Source of the DNA: Antedon mediterranea
Taxonomy: Eukaryota; Animalia; Echinodermata
Reading direction: 5' to 3'
Length of the DNA stretch: 64,000 bases
Assembly (NCBI RefSeq): GCF_964355755.1
Contig: NC_092671.1
Coordinates: 35,350,304 to 35,414,303, forward strand
Shown: positions 25,701 through 37,700 of the stretch, in pieces
How the letters are laid out: the number at the start of each line of letters is the position of its first letter
How positions within the stretch are numbered: the first letter of the stretch is position 1
Translations under genes and position numbers: made by a program
Notes under the pieces: generated by a model
The model's input: the letters and a program-made list of their open reading frames with translations, nothing else
Told to the model about the DNA's origin: nothing
Databases searched by the model: none

Positions 25701-28700
25701 GGGCTAAAGACACAAATCAATATTCAAGGTTGACAATAATATTAATAGTAAATGCTATCTTATCATGTTTAATGTTTGCATGAAGCTCTGTCTACACTAT
25801 CAAACTTTATTTGAAAAAAAAAAATGTGATGTGCCCATATATGGAAATGATGATGTCATATCACTACCATATTTGGCACATCACACTTTTTTGTCAAACG
25901 ATTTTGATAGTGTAGACAGAAACTTTGAAAACAACAAGTATACACTGACATATATCTGCCACTGTCTCTTGAAATCGGTATCAGTGTTACAGTGCAATGT
26001 TCTCGACAATGTTCTAATATGAAAAATACAATCAATCAGTCTTTTGGAATAAAGCAGTATTTTTTTGTAGTATTGTCAATGCAACATTAACAAATAATAT
26101 ATACAGTGATATAGCATCAATGGTAGTTAGCCTTTTGGAATAAAGCAGTATTTTTTTGTAGTATTGTTTATGAAACATATTTGACAATGTGCTAATTAAG
26201 GATGAAACATAATTATTATCAATGGCTGTTATTTTTACCATATTATTTTCTATTCTACATAGGTTCAGTTATAATATCAGTAGGCCTACCAAAATGTTGA
26301 GAAACTCAACAGTTCTTTCAGAACTAAATATATGTGGTATACCACAAATTTTACATTAACATATCAAGCAAAACAGCAAACTTTTAAAACTAGAAATCAT
26401 TGTAAAATGCTCTACTAACAAGACGGACTAAAAAGTAAAGATTACTTTAAACCTTTCCCAGATATAAAGCTCTGTTCACACTTATCAAACTTTATATGAA
26501 AAAAAAAAATGATGTGCCTATGGATGTGATGTTATATCACTAGCGTATTTGGGTATATCACTACCATAATTGGGCACATTACAATTTTTTTTTCAAACTA
26601 GTTTGATAGTGTAGACAGATCTTAAGGCGAGTAGAGTAAAGCAGATTAACACAGTTAATGATGGACGTTACATTGGGTCAGTTAAATCAATACTTAAACA
26701 TTACAAGTAAAACCAAGTAATCCTACTGTTTTTCGGATTGTTGGATCAAAATATTATTAGAGAACTGTCCATTGAACAAGCAGATTACAACGGATAATGA
26801 TAAATGCTAGATAGTTAAACCTAATCAATATGTTACAGTTAGAGTTAGGTTGAGCGGGATATAGCATTGTAAAGTAGAGGTACAACAACAACAATAGGAT
26901 TACCTCTCAAGAATTAGTAGGTTGAAGTTAATGAGAAGTAATCCATGTTTTGTACAGTGTCTTAAGTGGTCGCCATAATATGGTATTACCTTGGTTGTGA
27001 ATTAAAGCTTTGTCCTTTTCCCTCCAAAACAAACGGAAGAGTAAGATAAAAAGTTGTTCTAGTTCTAGATGTTTTGTGGTTGTCTGGGTTTCATTTCTTA
27101 GTTTTACAATGTTACAAATAATTTAACTGTATTGTATCATGCTTGAAGTGAAACAAAATAAATATCAATATAAATTCTTCTTAAATTAAATAAGAGTAAT
27201 TCTACATTTTTTTCCAAATTATCTGGATCATGATTTCATGTATTGAGTAATGCTTGTTATCAGAACAAAATGTCTGTGGCATAATTTGACACAAGACCCC
27301 TCACTGATCATCATACATTGATATATTTTGTTAATGTTTTTATAAAAATTGTTTGTTACTTATAGTAAAATATAAATACAGATTTTGATAGATGATCTGT
27401 TGGTAAATCTAAATCTATAAAAATCAAACAAAATATAAAAAAAGAGCGAGCAATGTGCTGTTGGAATGATAATGTTATTAATGTTATTATTAATCACCTA
27501 AGGGTGGTTCCATAGACATTCTCATTTACATTTTATCATCTTTAAGTGGTATGTTCACAATTTCTAAAGGAACACAGATGGGTGTTGTTCTTTTTATCAA
27601 GTATATTTTTTAGTATTTTAGTATCTTTTAAACTATGGTATTTAATTTCTTCACACCTCTTTTAAAAATAACCTTGTTTCTTTTCAATTCATTTTGTTCA
27701 CACCTTATTGTCTTTCCTTTTGTCATATTCTAGGATGCATAATTTTACTAGAATATTGGTACTTTTAGTAAATTAGAACTATATATTAGTTTTATGCATA
27801 CTTTTTAACATTGGCCATAATATGATTTTTAAATGTATCCATTATATATTTTTTGTATTCTATTTGAAATGTAAAATATTGAAATACTGTAGATATAAAA
27901 AGATCCTAAGATATTAAATTTAAACTGAAATGTGTGCTTTAATTTATTATTTAATAATAATAATAATAATAATAATAATAGTAATAATGCTAGCATAGTA
28001 TTAAAAAGCTAATAAAATTGAATATATATAAATAAAAAAAAAAAAATGAAATTTTATTTTAAAGGTAATATGAATATGTAAAAAATGAAACTAATTTGGT
28101 AAGTTGCATTTTGTGGAAATATTTTTGTTCAATATATTTCATAAGATGAATGAAATTATTTCATAAAATGAATGAAATGCATGAAATATAATAATAAAAT
28201 ATAATATAATATAATATAATATAATAAAAAAAAATAAAAGTAATGATTTATCACAGTAGTACATACAATTTCTAACAGTGTCCTTAATTTTAAGAAATAA
28301 CATGTAAAAATATTAAAATAAAATCCATTTAAAGCCCCCTTCCCTACGTTTTTTAGATCTAATTTAAGATCACAAACTATATTTAATGTAAAAATAATAC
28401 TGTATGGTCCTATTGCGATACCTTTTTTCGTCTTTAAACGGTTAAAAATGTGAAAAATAAGTCGATTCTAATAATTATAGCGGCCCGCTATAATTCCCAA
28501 AATGCATTGTGCGCGGATTGATATTTTTGTTTTTCACCTGTAATTCACCCACTTTTCGCTCGATCGTGAGGCCAAAACAAATGGAAGACTCCTAACTTTT
28601 CAGCGAAAATACCGGGTTTTCCCCAATTTGTATCAACGGAGTCTGGCAAAAATAGAAAGACAATTAATGCAGCAACTACTGTATACAACGTCAGGCTAGG

Positions 28701-31700
28701 TATATAGCTAGCGTATGATGTTCGTACGTTACCGATGTTTACCAGCTAGGCCTACAAAACTAAGCCTAGCTAGGCTAGGCCTAAGACCGTCCACGAGAGG
28801 TCGATCGCCGCGAGCTACTTAGGTAGTGCATTGTTTCTCACTTTTTATCATAATTTACCATAAAACGTACATTTAAGACAAGGAATGACATGGTTTAATG
28901 TTTTTAAAGTGATATATATGTATTATTTTCCAAAAAACGTCCAAAATTGCAGGGAAGGGGTCTTTAAGTATTATATAAAGTACCTTGAGTGAATTTAAAC
29001 ATATCATATTACATATAATATTGCATTATTTAATATAATTTTATCATAAATGCCTATTATGCCAACATGAAAATAAAATATATTATATATATATTCTTTA
29101 AAAATCCATCAATTCAAATATATTGACCAAAAATAAGATGGAGCCATATTTAAAATGATTTAAAAGCATGGGAGGACCTAAGGTAAATATTACTTAGAGA
29201 AGTTGTGAATGGGTAAAAAGTTCACAAAAGGCATTCCATTGTACAGTGTAAAGAAAAGCCCCATGTCGGTTCACACTCAATTGTTTTCACAAATCCATTG
29301 TCATCAATTGTCAGCAGGGGAAACGAAAAGCTACCACCAGTAAAGACACAAGCCAATTTACAATAAGGTCCTTTTGTGTCACCTAGCCTTGTATCATTAA
29401 ACACACCCCTAAATTATTCATAGGGGTGTAAATATAAAGGCTGTGGGACACTTGTAGAGTCATTCAGTTCCTGTCCTGGTGGCAAGAAGGTTCTAACTCC
29501 ACAGTTGAGTTTTTTTGGTAGGAATTCTGAGAGGTGAATATCAGAGCTGAAGTTTTAACAGTGCATAGAGTAAGTACTTAGTGTTGTCTCAATTTACTTA
29601 GACTGTGTTTTTATGCTTGTACATCTTGTCAGATGTACTGTACCTTAAGTATGTATGTTGTATGTAATCTATATTGTAGTTGTTTGTACCACTCTCCAGT
29701 ATTTCTTAAGGACACTAACTAATGTATACATTGATGAATGTTTGATTACAAAACTTTAGAACATTAATTGCATGTTGTTTTAGGGTCTTTCACAGACCAT
29801 ATTTAAAGGGTTCAGTACCTCTATATAAAATTAATAGTAATTCTAAAATAGGACATCTTAATACACACTAAGCATTAAATATACTAAATTAATTCAGATT
29901 CGGCTAGACTTGATTAAAGGTACAACTATCTAATTTTTCTTAAAAATTACTAAGTAGTTATACATTGATTGAAGTTTAAATACAAAACTTTAGAACAGTA
30001 TATTGTCTGTTGTCTTTAGGGTCTTCCTCACACCATCTTTAAAAGGTACGGTACCTCCATATAAAATTGTTTTCTTAAAGTAGGATAGTTATATATTTCA
30101 TTTTATTACATGCTAAGCATTGAATATATTAAATTAATTCAGATTCGGCTAGACTTGATTAAAAGTACAAATTAAATTTGTCTACCATTTCATTACATAT
30201 AGCGAAAACACACTTAGACAAATTCAAACACATAAAACATCTATTTTAATTCTCAAATCATTTCTGTGTTGTCAAACATTAGGGAATAGATGATATTGAT
30301 AAAACCATTCTACATAATTAATATTAATTCTCTGCTTGGCTTATATTACTCTATCTAAAAGGTAAATTTAGCACGGCTGAACTTGATCCAGCCAGACAGA
30401 GCAGGAAAGAACTCTCAAAAGTCCACTAGACGAAAAAAAAAACAAAACTCGCAATTTAGAAATAGCCCAAGATTTCATCCTAACAAGTCATTTCCGAGTA
30501 CATTTTTATTTAAGTCTAGGTGACACGTTACTTTTTTTTTAACCAGACTAAAAAAATTGCAATATAAGTCTAGCTTTTTTCTTTAAAAAAATAATAATCT
30601 TACTCATATTTTGATTCAAGTTTGAGTCATTCTTTTGCAAAGTTTTTGGTAGTTATGAAAAAGTGATATGAATTGTAATGATTGGTTAGACATCTGGAAC
30701 GCAAAGGTAGTCTCAGTTGATTTAAATTGACTAAGGAACATCCTCTTTGCCCAACCCATCCACTATTATAGGAATCATCTAATTATAACACATCTCAGAC
30801 TTAACAATTATTTTATCACCTGATGACTGACAGTGACATGTACTTAATAGTTGGTTAAAACATTTATTAAATTCGTTAGGAAGTCTCAGTTCGCAAACAC
30901 CGTTTCAAAGAATTGCCAACCTGCTCCTATTCTCTAGAGGTCTCAACTTCCCGAATCATCACTGGTCATTTTGCGTATGTAGCATGTAATCCCGGGGGAA
31001 CAACACTTAATAATGTATGAATAAAAAAAACAAAAAGGACAAGATTGTCTAAGATAGTAGAGTGAATCACTGCACAGTAAGGACAGACAGATTTTAACCG
31101 CATTTAATTTGTCTTTTTTCCCTTTGACTCGCCCTCTAAACCCCGGGAGGAAACTTTGGATATTGCGCTTAATATCTGTTTTCTTATAGTTAAAGTGTTG
31201 AATTAAGCACTTGTGGCTATAAGAGCGGGTGACTTTAGACCACGGGACAAGACAATATAAATAGGCTACTACCGGGTGTCAAATGACAGAGGGGACGAAC
31301 TTTGATAGCAAAGACACGACTGAGCGTATACTGCTTGTAATATCTGGAGGATTAGAGACAATATGAATTTTCTACTAAGTATATTTGGGTAAGTTAGTTG
31401 TATACACTGGCTGGCTTTGTGTTGGGTCTGTGTACGTATGTGGGATACTTGGTATATGGTGTGTACACTTTAGTTTTTAGTACTGTTTGTTCTATTGTAT
31501 TGCATTAGAGGCACACAAGCAATGGTGGATGTGGCTAAGATATAGGCTATACAGTAGGTAAGTTGTACACTTTTGTAGCTTCCTAAGGTGTATGAGCTAC
31601 AAATATTAAGATATAAGTACTTAATTAATTATTTATTGTACCTTTAACCTATGCCCTTATAACACATTATGTGTATATATGATGTATCATGTATTATGTG

Positions 31701-34700
31701 TGTTAGACTTAGCCCCTCTAACATCTATCTATACAAAACCATATAGATAGTAGTAGTTAATTAATTATATGTATATTTATTTATTGTACCTTTAACTTAT
31801 GTCCACTATGTGTATATATGATGTATTATATGTGTTTAACCTTTAACCCCTATAATATCCATCTATAACAAACCATATGTAAGATTATATGTGATGACTT
31901 AATCAATAAACTTGATTTTATACAGGATATAGATTAAACACTAACTAGTGACTGTGGATTTAAAGAACTACGAAATGTAATTTTTCCGGTGATTCTTGGT
32001 TTTTGTAGAACAGCTCATGTAAAATCTATACCATGAGTTGTCCCACAAAGAACAAAAATCATTTAACAACAAATACTTGAGCAGTGGACAATACCTAAGG
32101 TGGAAATAACTTTTTCAGTTAGTGACTATATGGATTTAAAGAAATACTTATGTAATTTTTCCGGTGATTATTGGTTTTTGTAGAACAGCTCATGTAAAAC
32201 ACATAACGATGAGTTGTCCCACAAAGAACAAAAATCATTCCTTCGGAATAAAACGGATTTAACAACAAACCGGATACTCGAGCAATGGACAATAACTGAG
32301 ATGGCTTCAACTTTTTAATATTAATAATGATTTTTGGTTTTTGTAGAACAGCTCATGTAAAATCCATAACCATGAGTTGTCCCACAAAGAACAAAAATCA
32401 TTCCTTCAGAAATTGGATCAAGAACAACAAGACTATGCTTGCATTTAAACAGTGGATACTTAACCAAGATGACCTCAACATTTTAACAATGATTTTTGGT
32501 TTTTGTAGAACAGCTCATGTAAAATCCATGTCATGAGTTGTCCCACAAAGAACAAAAATCAATTGTTCAAGACAACATGATTCTGCTTTTCAAGACACAA
32601 TTGATATCAAGATTTATTCAAACAAGATGGCATTAATATTTTAACAATGATTTTTGGTTTTTGTAGAACAGCTCATGTAAAATCCATGTCATGAGTTGTC
32701 CCACAAAGAACAAAAATCATTTCTGCAGAAAATGGATCAAGAACAAACAACAAGACTATGCTTGCATTTAAAATGGATTTAAAAACCAACAAGCTACTCG
32801 AGCAATGGACAATACTACCAATATACTGTAACACCAACTTGTTAACAATGATTTCTGGTTTTTGTAGAACAGCTCATGTAAAAAAAATAACGATGAGTTG
32901 TCCCACAAAGAACAAAAATCATTCATTTGGTATAAAAATGGATTTAAAAACCAACAAGCTACTCGAGCAATGGATAATAACCAACATAGCATTAACTTTT
33001 TAAAAATGATTTCTGGTTTTTGTAGAACAGCTCATGTAAAATCCATACCATGAGTTGTCCCACACAGAACAAAAATCATTCCTTCAGAGAAGAAGATGGA
33101 ACTATTTTCAAAGACACTGGCAGTTAAATATTTACCAAGATTTATTCAACAAAGGTGGAATTAACTTTTTAACAATGCTTTCTGGTTTTTGTAGAACAGC
33201 TTATGTAAAATCCATGTCATGAGTTGTCCGACAAAGAACAAAAATCATTGTGAATTCATCAAGATTTTTGAAGAAGAAATGTAAAAGAATTATTGGTAAA
33301 GTGATATTCTCTCAAATGCAAAAACTAAAAGATTAAAATAATAACACTTGGTACAGTACTAATGAAAGCATATTATTCAATACTACTATTTAAAGATGTA
33401 TTTGTCCTCCAAAAACATGAAAAATAAAGAATTAAAAAAATCAGATTTTAAATAGGCCAATTTGCAGTTTTAATAATGTTATTCACTTCTGTAGACCAAA
33501 AATATAACAAAAATAATTATCTCACTTATAAAAAGAAAAAAGAAAACCAATGTCTGACAGACAATTTAGGTATTTTTTGCTTTAAATTAGTTATTTTCAG
33601 GAAAATATTTTTTGAATAACTATTATGTGTCATTAAAATAATGTTTGTAGGGGAACAAAATATCTTATATATCTATAAATCATAAAAGCAATAAATAAAA
33701 TGTTTTGTGTAATCTCTTTTATACATTAATGAGAAAACAATTCTTAAATATCCTTTAGTTAAACAAGTTTTAGTTCAACGAACAATTTCTATGACAACTC
33801 ACAACAATAACCTTTCTTCTTGGTATGCATAACAAGACATGTGTATTTCAATGCTAAATTCTTAAAACCCCGCCAAGTTTTACCATCCAATGGTGACCTC
33901 AACACACAGGCATTGAGCACTGTGAATCATCACACCCTATTGTTGAAAGGTTACACAATGGGAACATGTTTGCCTCCTAGGTTTTAGTCTGCACAATAGA
34001 CTTATAAAATAAAACCATTATAAAGGAATTGTTTGGATTAAGATATTGAATGCAAAAAAACTTGTTGCACAATCCAGCTATAATGAGCATCATTTATCAT
34101 CACCTAGGTAACTGTACATTATTATGATTACATCATAGGGTTTGTTTCTGCTGCATTGCGCCGAATAAACCGTTTTTGTTTCTAAATAGATTTAAAATGT
34201 AATTTTTATAGTGACTGCATTTCGACTAAATTTTTACTCCAAAATAACCATTTAAATGAGTGGGTGGTCGTTGACAGAAATCGTTAGCATTACCCGAAAT
34301 GCAATTGGTCCTGGCGGTTAATTCAAACGTTACTGCAGTGTAGGTGACTCGAGGTCAATCAAATAACAGTTATTTTGTGTTGTAGCTAAAAATTGCCCAG
34401 TAATAACTGATTAAATGGTTGTTCTAACTTCTAACAACAAACTGAATGTTATTTTTGCGCTGCCATTGAGTACCAGTTACCGGTACTCAAAAATTGTCCT
34501 GTTTCTGCTCCTAAGAAATTGGGGTTAATTTATTCAAACCGTTTTTTTTTATCCAGCAGAAACAGGACAATAGATAAAGTTCCAGCTGAGCTCTTACAAA
34601 ACGAAGGTTAAAAACTCATTATTCCCAAAGACAAATGTTTAGGTTGTTTACTTGGACACTACTCAAAGGTTGACCAAGCTAGCTAACTGTGCGTTTATTA

Positions 34701-37700
34701 ACTTAAGTTCAACTATTGAGGGCAGCAAACAGAAATTTATATAATTATGTACAGTCAACTATATTTTGGAATAGATAGGATGAGTGTACAGTAAAAGAAT
34801 GAAATATTGTACTAAAATATATCAGCTGTCAATTGAATGTTCTTTAGCTACTTTTTGATGTTAAATACTTTTACTTTAAAACATTGCAGAACTCACGGTG
34901 GTCAATTAGACAATCACTGGCAGCCAATGTTCATGTATACACTGAGCAAATTATTTCACAATCTTTAAATCTTTGTCTACACTATCAACTTTATGTGACC
35001 AAAAAATGTGATGTGCCCATATATGGGCATGATTATGTCATATCAGTACCATATTTGGGCATATCACTACCATATTTGGGCACATCACACTTTTTTTTGT
35101 TAAACTAGTCTGATAGTGTGGCTTAGTGTGTGACGCTGGATTAAAGATTGTGATGTCGTGGTTCGAATCAAACTCTCCCGCACATGCTTGTATTCTTATT
35201 AGGCAAGACACTTTACTTACATTTGCCTCTCTCCACCCAGGTGTATTAAATGGGTATCCAGTTAGATCAAGACACAACTTTGCACTGATTACTAGCTGTC
35301 TTATGGGAGTATGTTTCCGTAAGTGTTTGATCCAAAAAATGATCGGGGTAATAATGCTTTTAAATAAATGTGGTATTATTATGTGGTATTATTAGTTATC
35401 CGCTTAGTAGCGGATAACTCCTTGTAACTGTATGAAATCATCTTTTTTTTTTTTTTCTGTATTATTCTTTCTTTCTGTCAATTTTGTGTCTCGCGTATCT
35501 CAAAAACTTAAACAAAACATTTTATAACTTTGTCAACATGTGGGCATTCACGTGAAATTGTGCACCTCCTATTGTGAATGACGTCAGAATTGCGCAACGT
35601 GATTTACGCGCGTTTTAACGAATTTCGCGTATTTAACATAGATCGAAAACCATATAGCAATTTAAATTGAAACTTAACAAAAGTTTAATTTATATCTTGC
35701 GCTAACTGACTGTGGAAAAAAATGGCATGTTTCACACGAAGTTACGCGCGCACGGGCGTTTAAAATTTCAAAATGCGAAAAATCAATTTCTAATCAACTT
35801 TCTACGCGTTTCATGTCATTTTGAGCATGTCAAAAATTCCTACGCGCGCGCATATTTTTACTCGCACGGTGCGCACGTGGCATTGAAAATAAATTTTTTT
35901 CGCGTGATTCATGTTTTTCCAGCCTTTTCTAGTAATTTTACCAACTTTTGAACAATTTTGACCTAAAATTACGTCGTACGGGCACATCCAATTGGATAAT
36001 TTACGTGCGTTTTTGATGAAAAAGTTCAAAAATTTAATTCGTCAAAATTATGCCTTTTTTTAAACATTCATAGATTTTAAACTACGAGGTGAACTTTTTT
36101 TAAATTATATATTTTGGAAGTTGATGAGTTGTAGATATGGAATCATGCATTAATATGGGTAATCGGACATTATAACGTCATCGTATGGCCACGCGAATAT
36201 AAAATATAGGATTTTTATATCTTTCGTCATAGCGCATCACATTTAATAGAGCGCATCTCCACTTATCCGTTTTTTATTTTCACCCCGATTTTGATATTGT
36301 CTAGGTGAATGAACTATCTTTCGCATGAGTTAAAAATATTTTAATTTTTATGACGTCATCATGTCTAAAAATGTAAATAACGTGGGTCAACTATTTTCAT
36401 CTTTACAGTAACTTTCAATCTGTTATAGCTCGTCAGAATAAAATGTGATAATCATGATTAAAACGTTTTCTGGAAGCTATTGAATTGTAGATACGAATTC
36501 ATGTAAACATTTTGCCAATCGGATGTTGTGACGTCATCATATGGCCAGTTGAATAAAAAAAAGGCGTATTTTCATATTTTGCGTAATAGTTCATCACATT
36601 TAAAAGGGCGCGCATCTATATTTTACGTATTCAAATTTCTTCTACACGTTAATATGTGGTTGCTGAGATAATTTCCTTCCAAAATTACTACTGTACCTTC
36701 GCGTTTCCTTTTGAAAATTAAAATAAAATACGGGTCCCGTAATTTCACCTATTTTACACTGTTTGTGACATGTATACAGATTATACTGTGTATACTATAT
36801 GACAGAAAATATACAGCATTCAGCACTAACAACATATCATATTCTTCAGTTCAGGTCATAATGACATAATCTTTTTCGGTGTGCAATATTCCAACGTATG
36901 ACGTGCACGTGGCGTTTGTCGTGCGGATAACTAACTCGTCAAAGTGACGAGTTTCATGTCTAGTTATTATAGTGTGTTTACTGAGCTTTAGAAACAAATC
37001 AATTGACTTACCACGTTCCAGAAGACAGGAGTTAAAAAGATACATATGATAGTAACGTAAATATTGACATCTTTAAGGTCAATGAACTGTGATGTTCCCA
37101 TCAGGAATGAAACATCAACCTAATAATATATAAAAATGTACACAAAATATGAAAAACAATACAAATTTGACAAAAATATCATATTTTTCGTGGCTAATAG
37201 TAGTACCAGACCAATTGTAATCATGTTAAAGGGCCAACTGAGACAAGTTAATATTAGGTTGGTCCTCATTTTGTTGTTGAATTTAAACGTAAAACCTCCT
37301 TGCCTGTAGGGCACCTTTATTGAATGAGGTGTAAAATGAACATGGGGCAATAAATGTTGCAGTTCAGTTTCATTTCACACAACATTACATTATATATACA
37401 TTTATACTTATAAATAAATAATAAAACATTGTGTATGGAGATTACAATAAGCCATAATGGCTTTCTGAACTTCCAGATAAAACAAACAACAAATATGGTG
37501 ATATATAGGTATTTATTCATAAAAAGTACAAACAGGTGCATTGCAAAATCTACTTAATGAGTCCAGATAACCAAAAGAAACAATAAAAAAAATCAACATT
37601 TATATCTTTTACGATTTATTTACAAAGTGTGTTTACTAGAAATGTTTGCAATTTGCCAGACTTTGCCAGAAAACTCAATACGTAAATTTTGAGATGCACC

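Larger units (their letters stand above)
31990..33251 (+). ncRNA. mir-2009: Tandem cluster of 8 pre-miRNA hairpins, miR-2009 family, antisense within the PEMT intron
   Basis: Eight copies of TGATTTTTGGTTTTTGTAGAACAGCTCATG-loop-(C/G)ATGAGTTGTCCCACAAAGAACAAAAATCA. In the consensus the arms pair at 27 of 30 positions. The 3' arm TGAGTTGTCCCACAAAGAACA matches the recalled echinoderm miR-2009 mature sequence. Confidence 0.88.
29462..33700 (+). ncRNA. Putative spliced non-coding pri-miRNA host gene
   Basis: Exon 1 about 29462-29569; candidate mini-exon 30019-30044; acceptor ttttatacag ending at 31925 just before the hairpins; AATAAA at 33423 and 33690-33699 followed by GT-rich sequence; no long ORF. 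Confidence 0.5.

Noticed and set aside
29442-29450. TGTGGGACA in the host promoter is complementary to part of the mature miRNA
   Set aside because: Only 9 nt, outside most of the seed and upstream of the predicted TSS; likely coincidence.
32119-33003. Short ORFs over the hairpin array
   Set aside because: By-products of the repeated unit; frames are not kept between copies.
31990-33251. CRISPR array
   Set aside because: The context is a eukaryotic intron with no cas genes. Repeats are about 73 nt with a variable loop, and the spacers (about 80-130 nt) are homologous to one another. A miRNA cluster explains it better.
33793-33801. miR-2009 8mer seed site (GACAACTCA) just downstream of the cluster, as autoregulation
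   Set aside because: It lies beyond the likely poly(A) signal, and ACAACTCA also occurs at 25320, consistent with chance in 64 kb.
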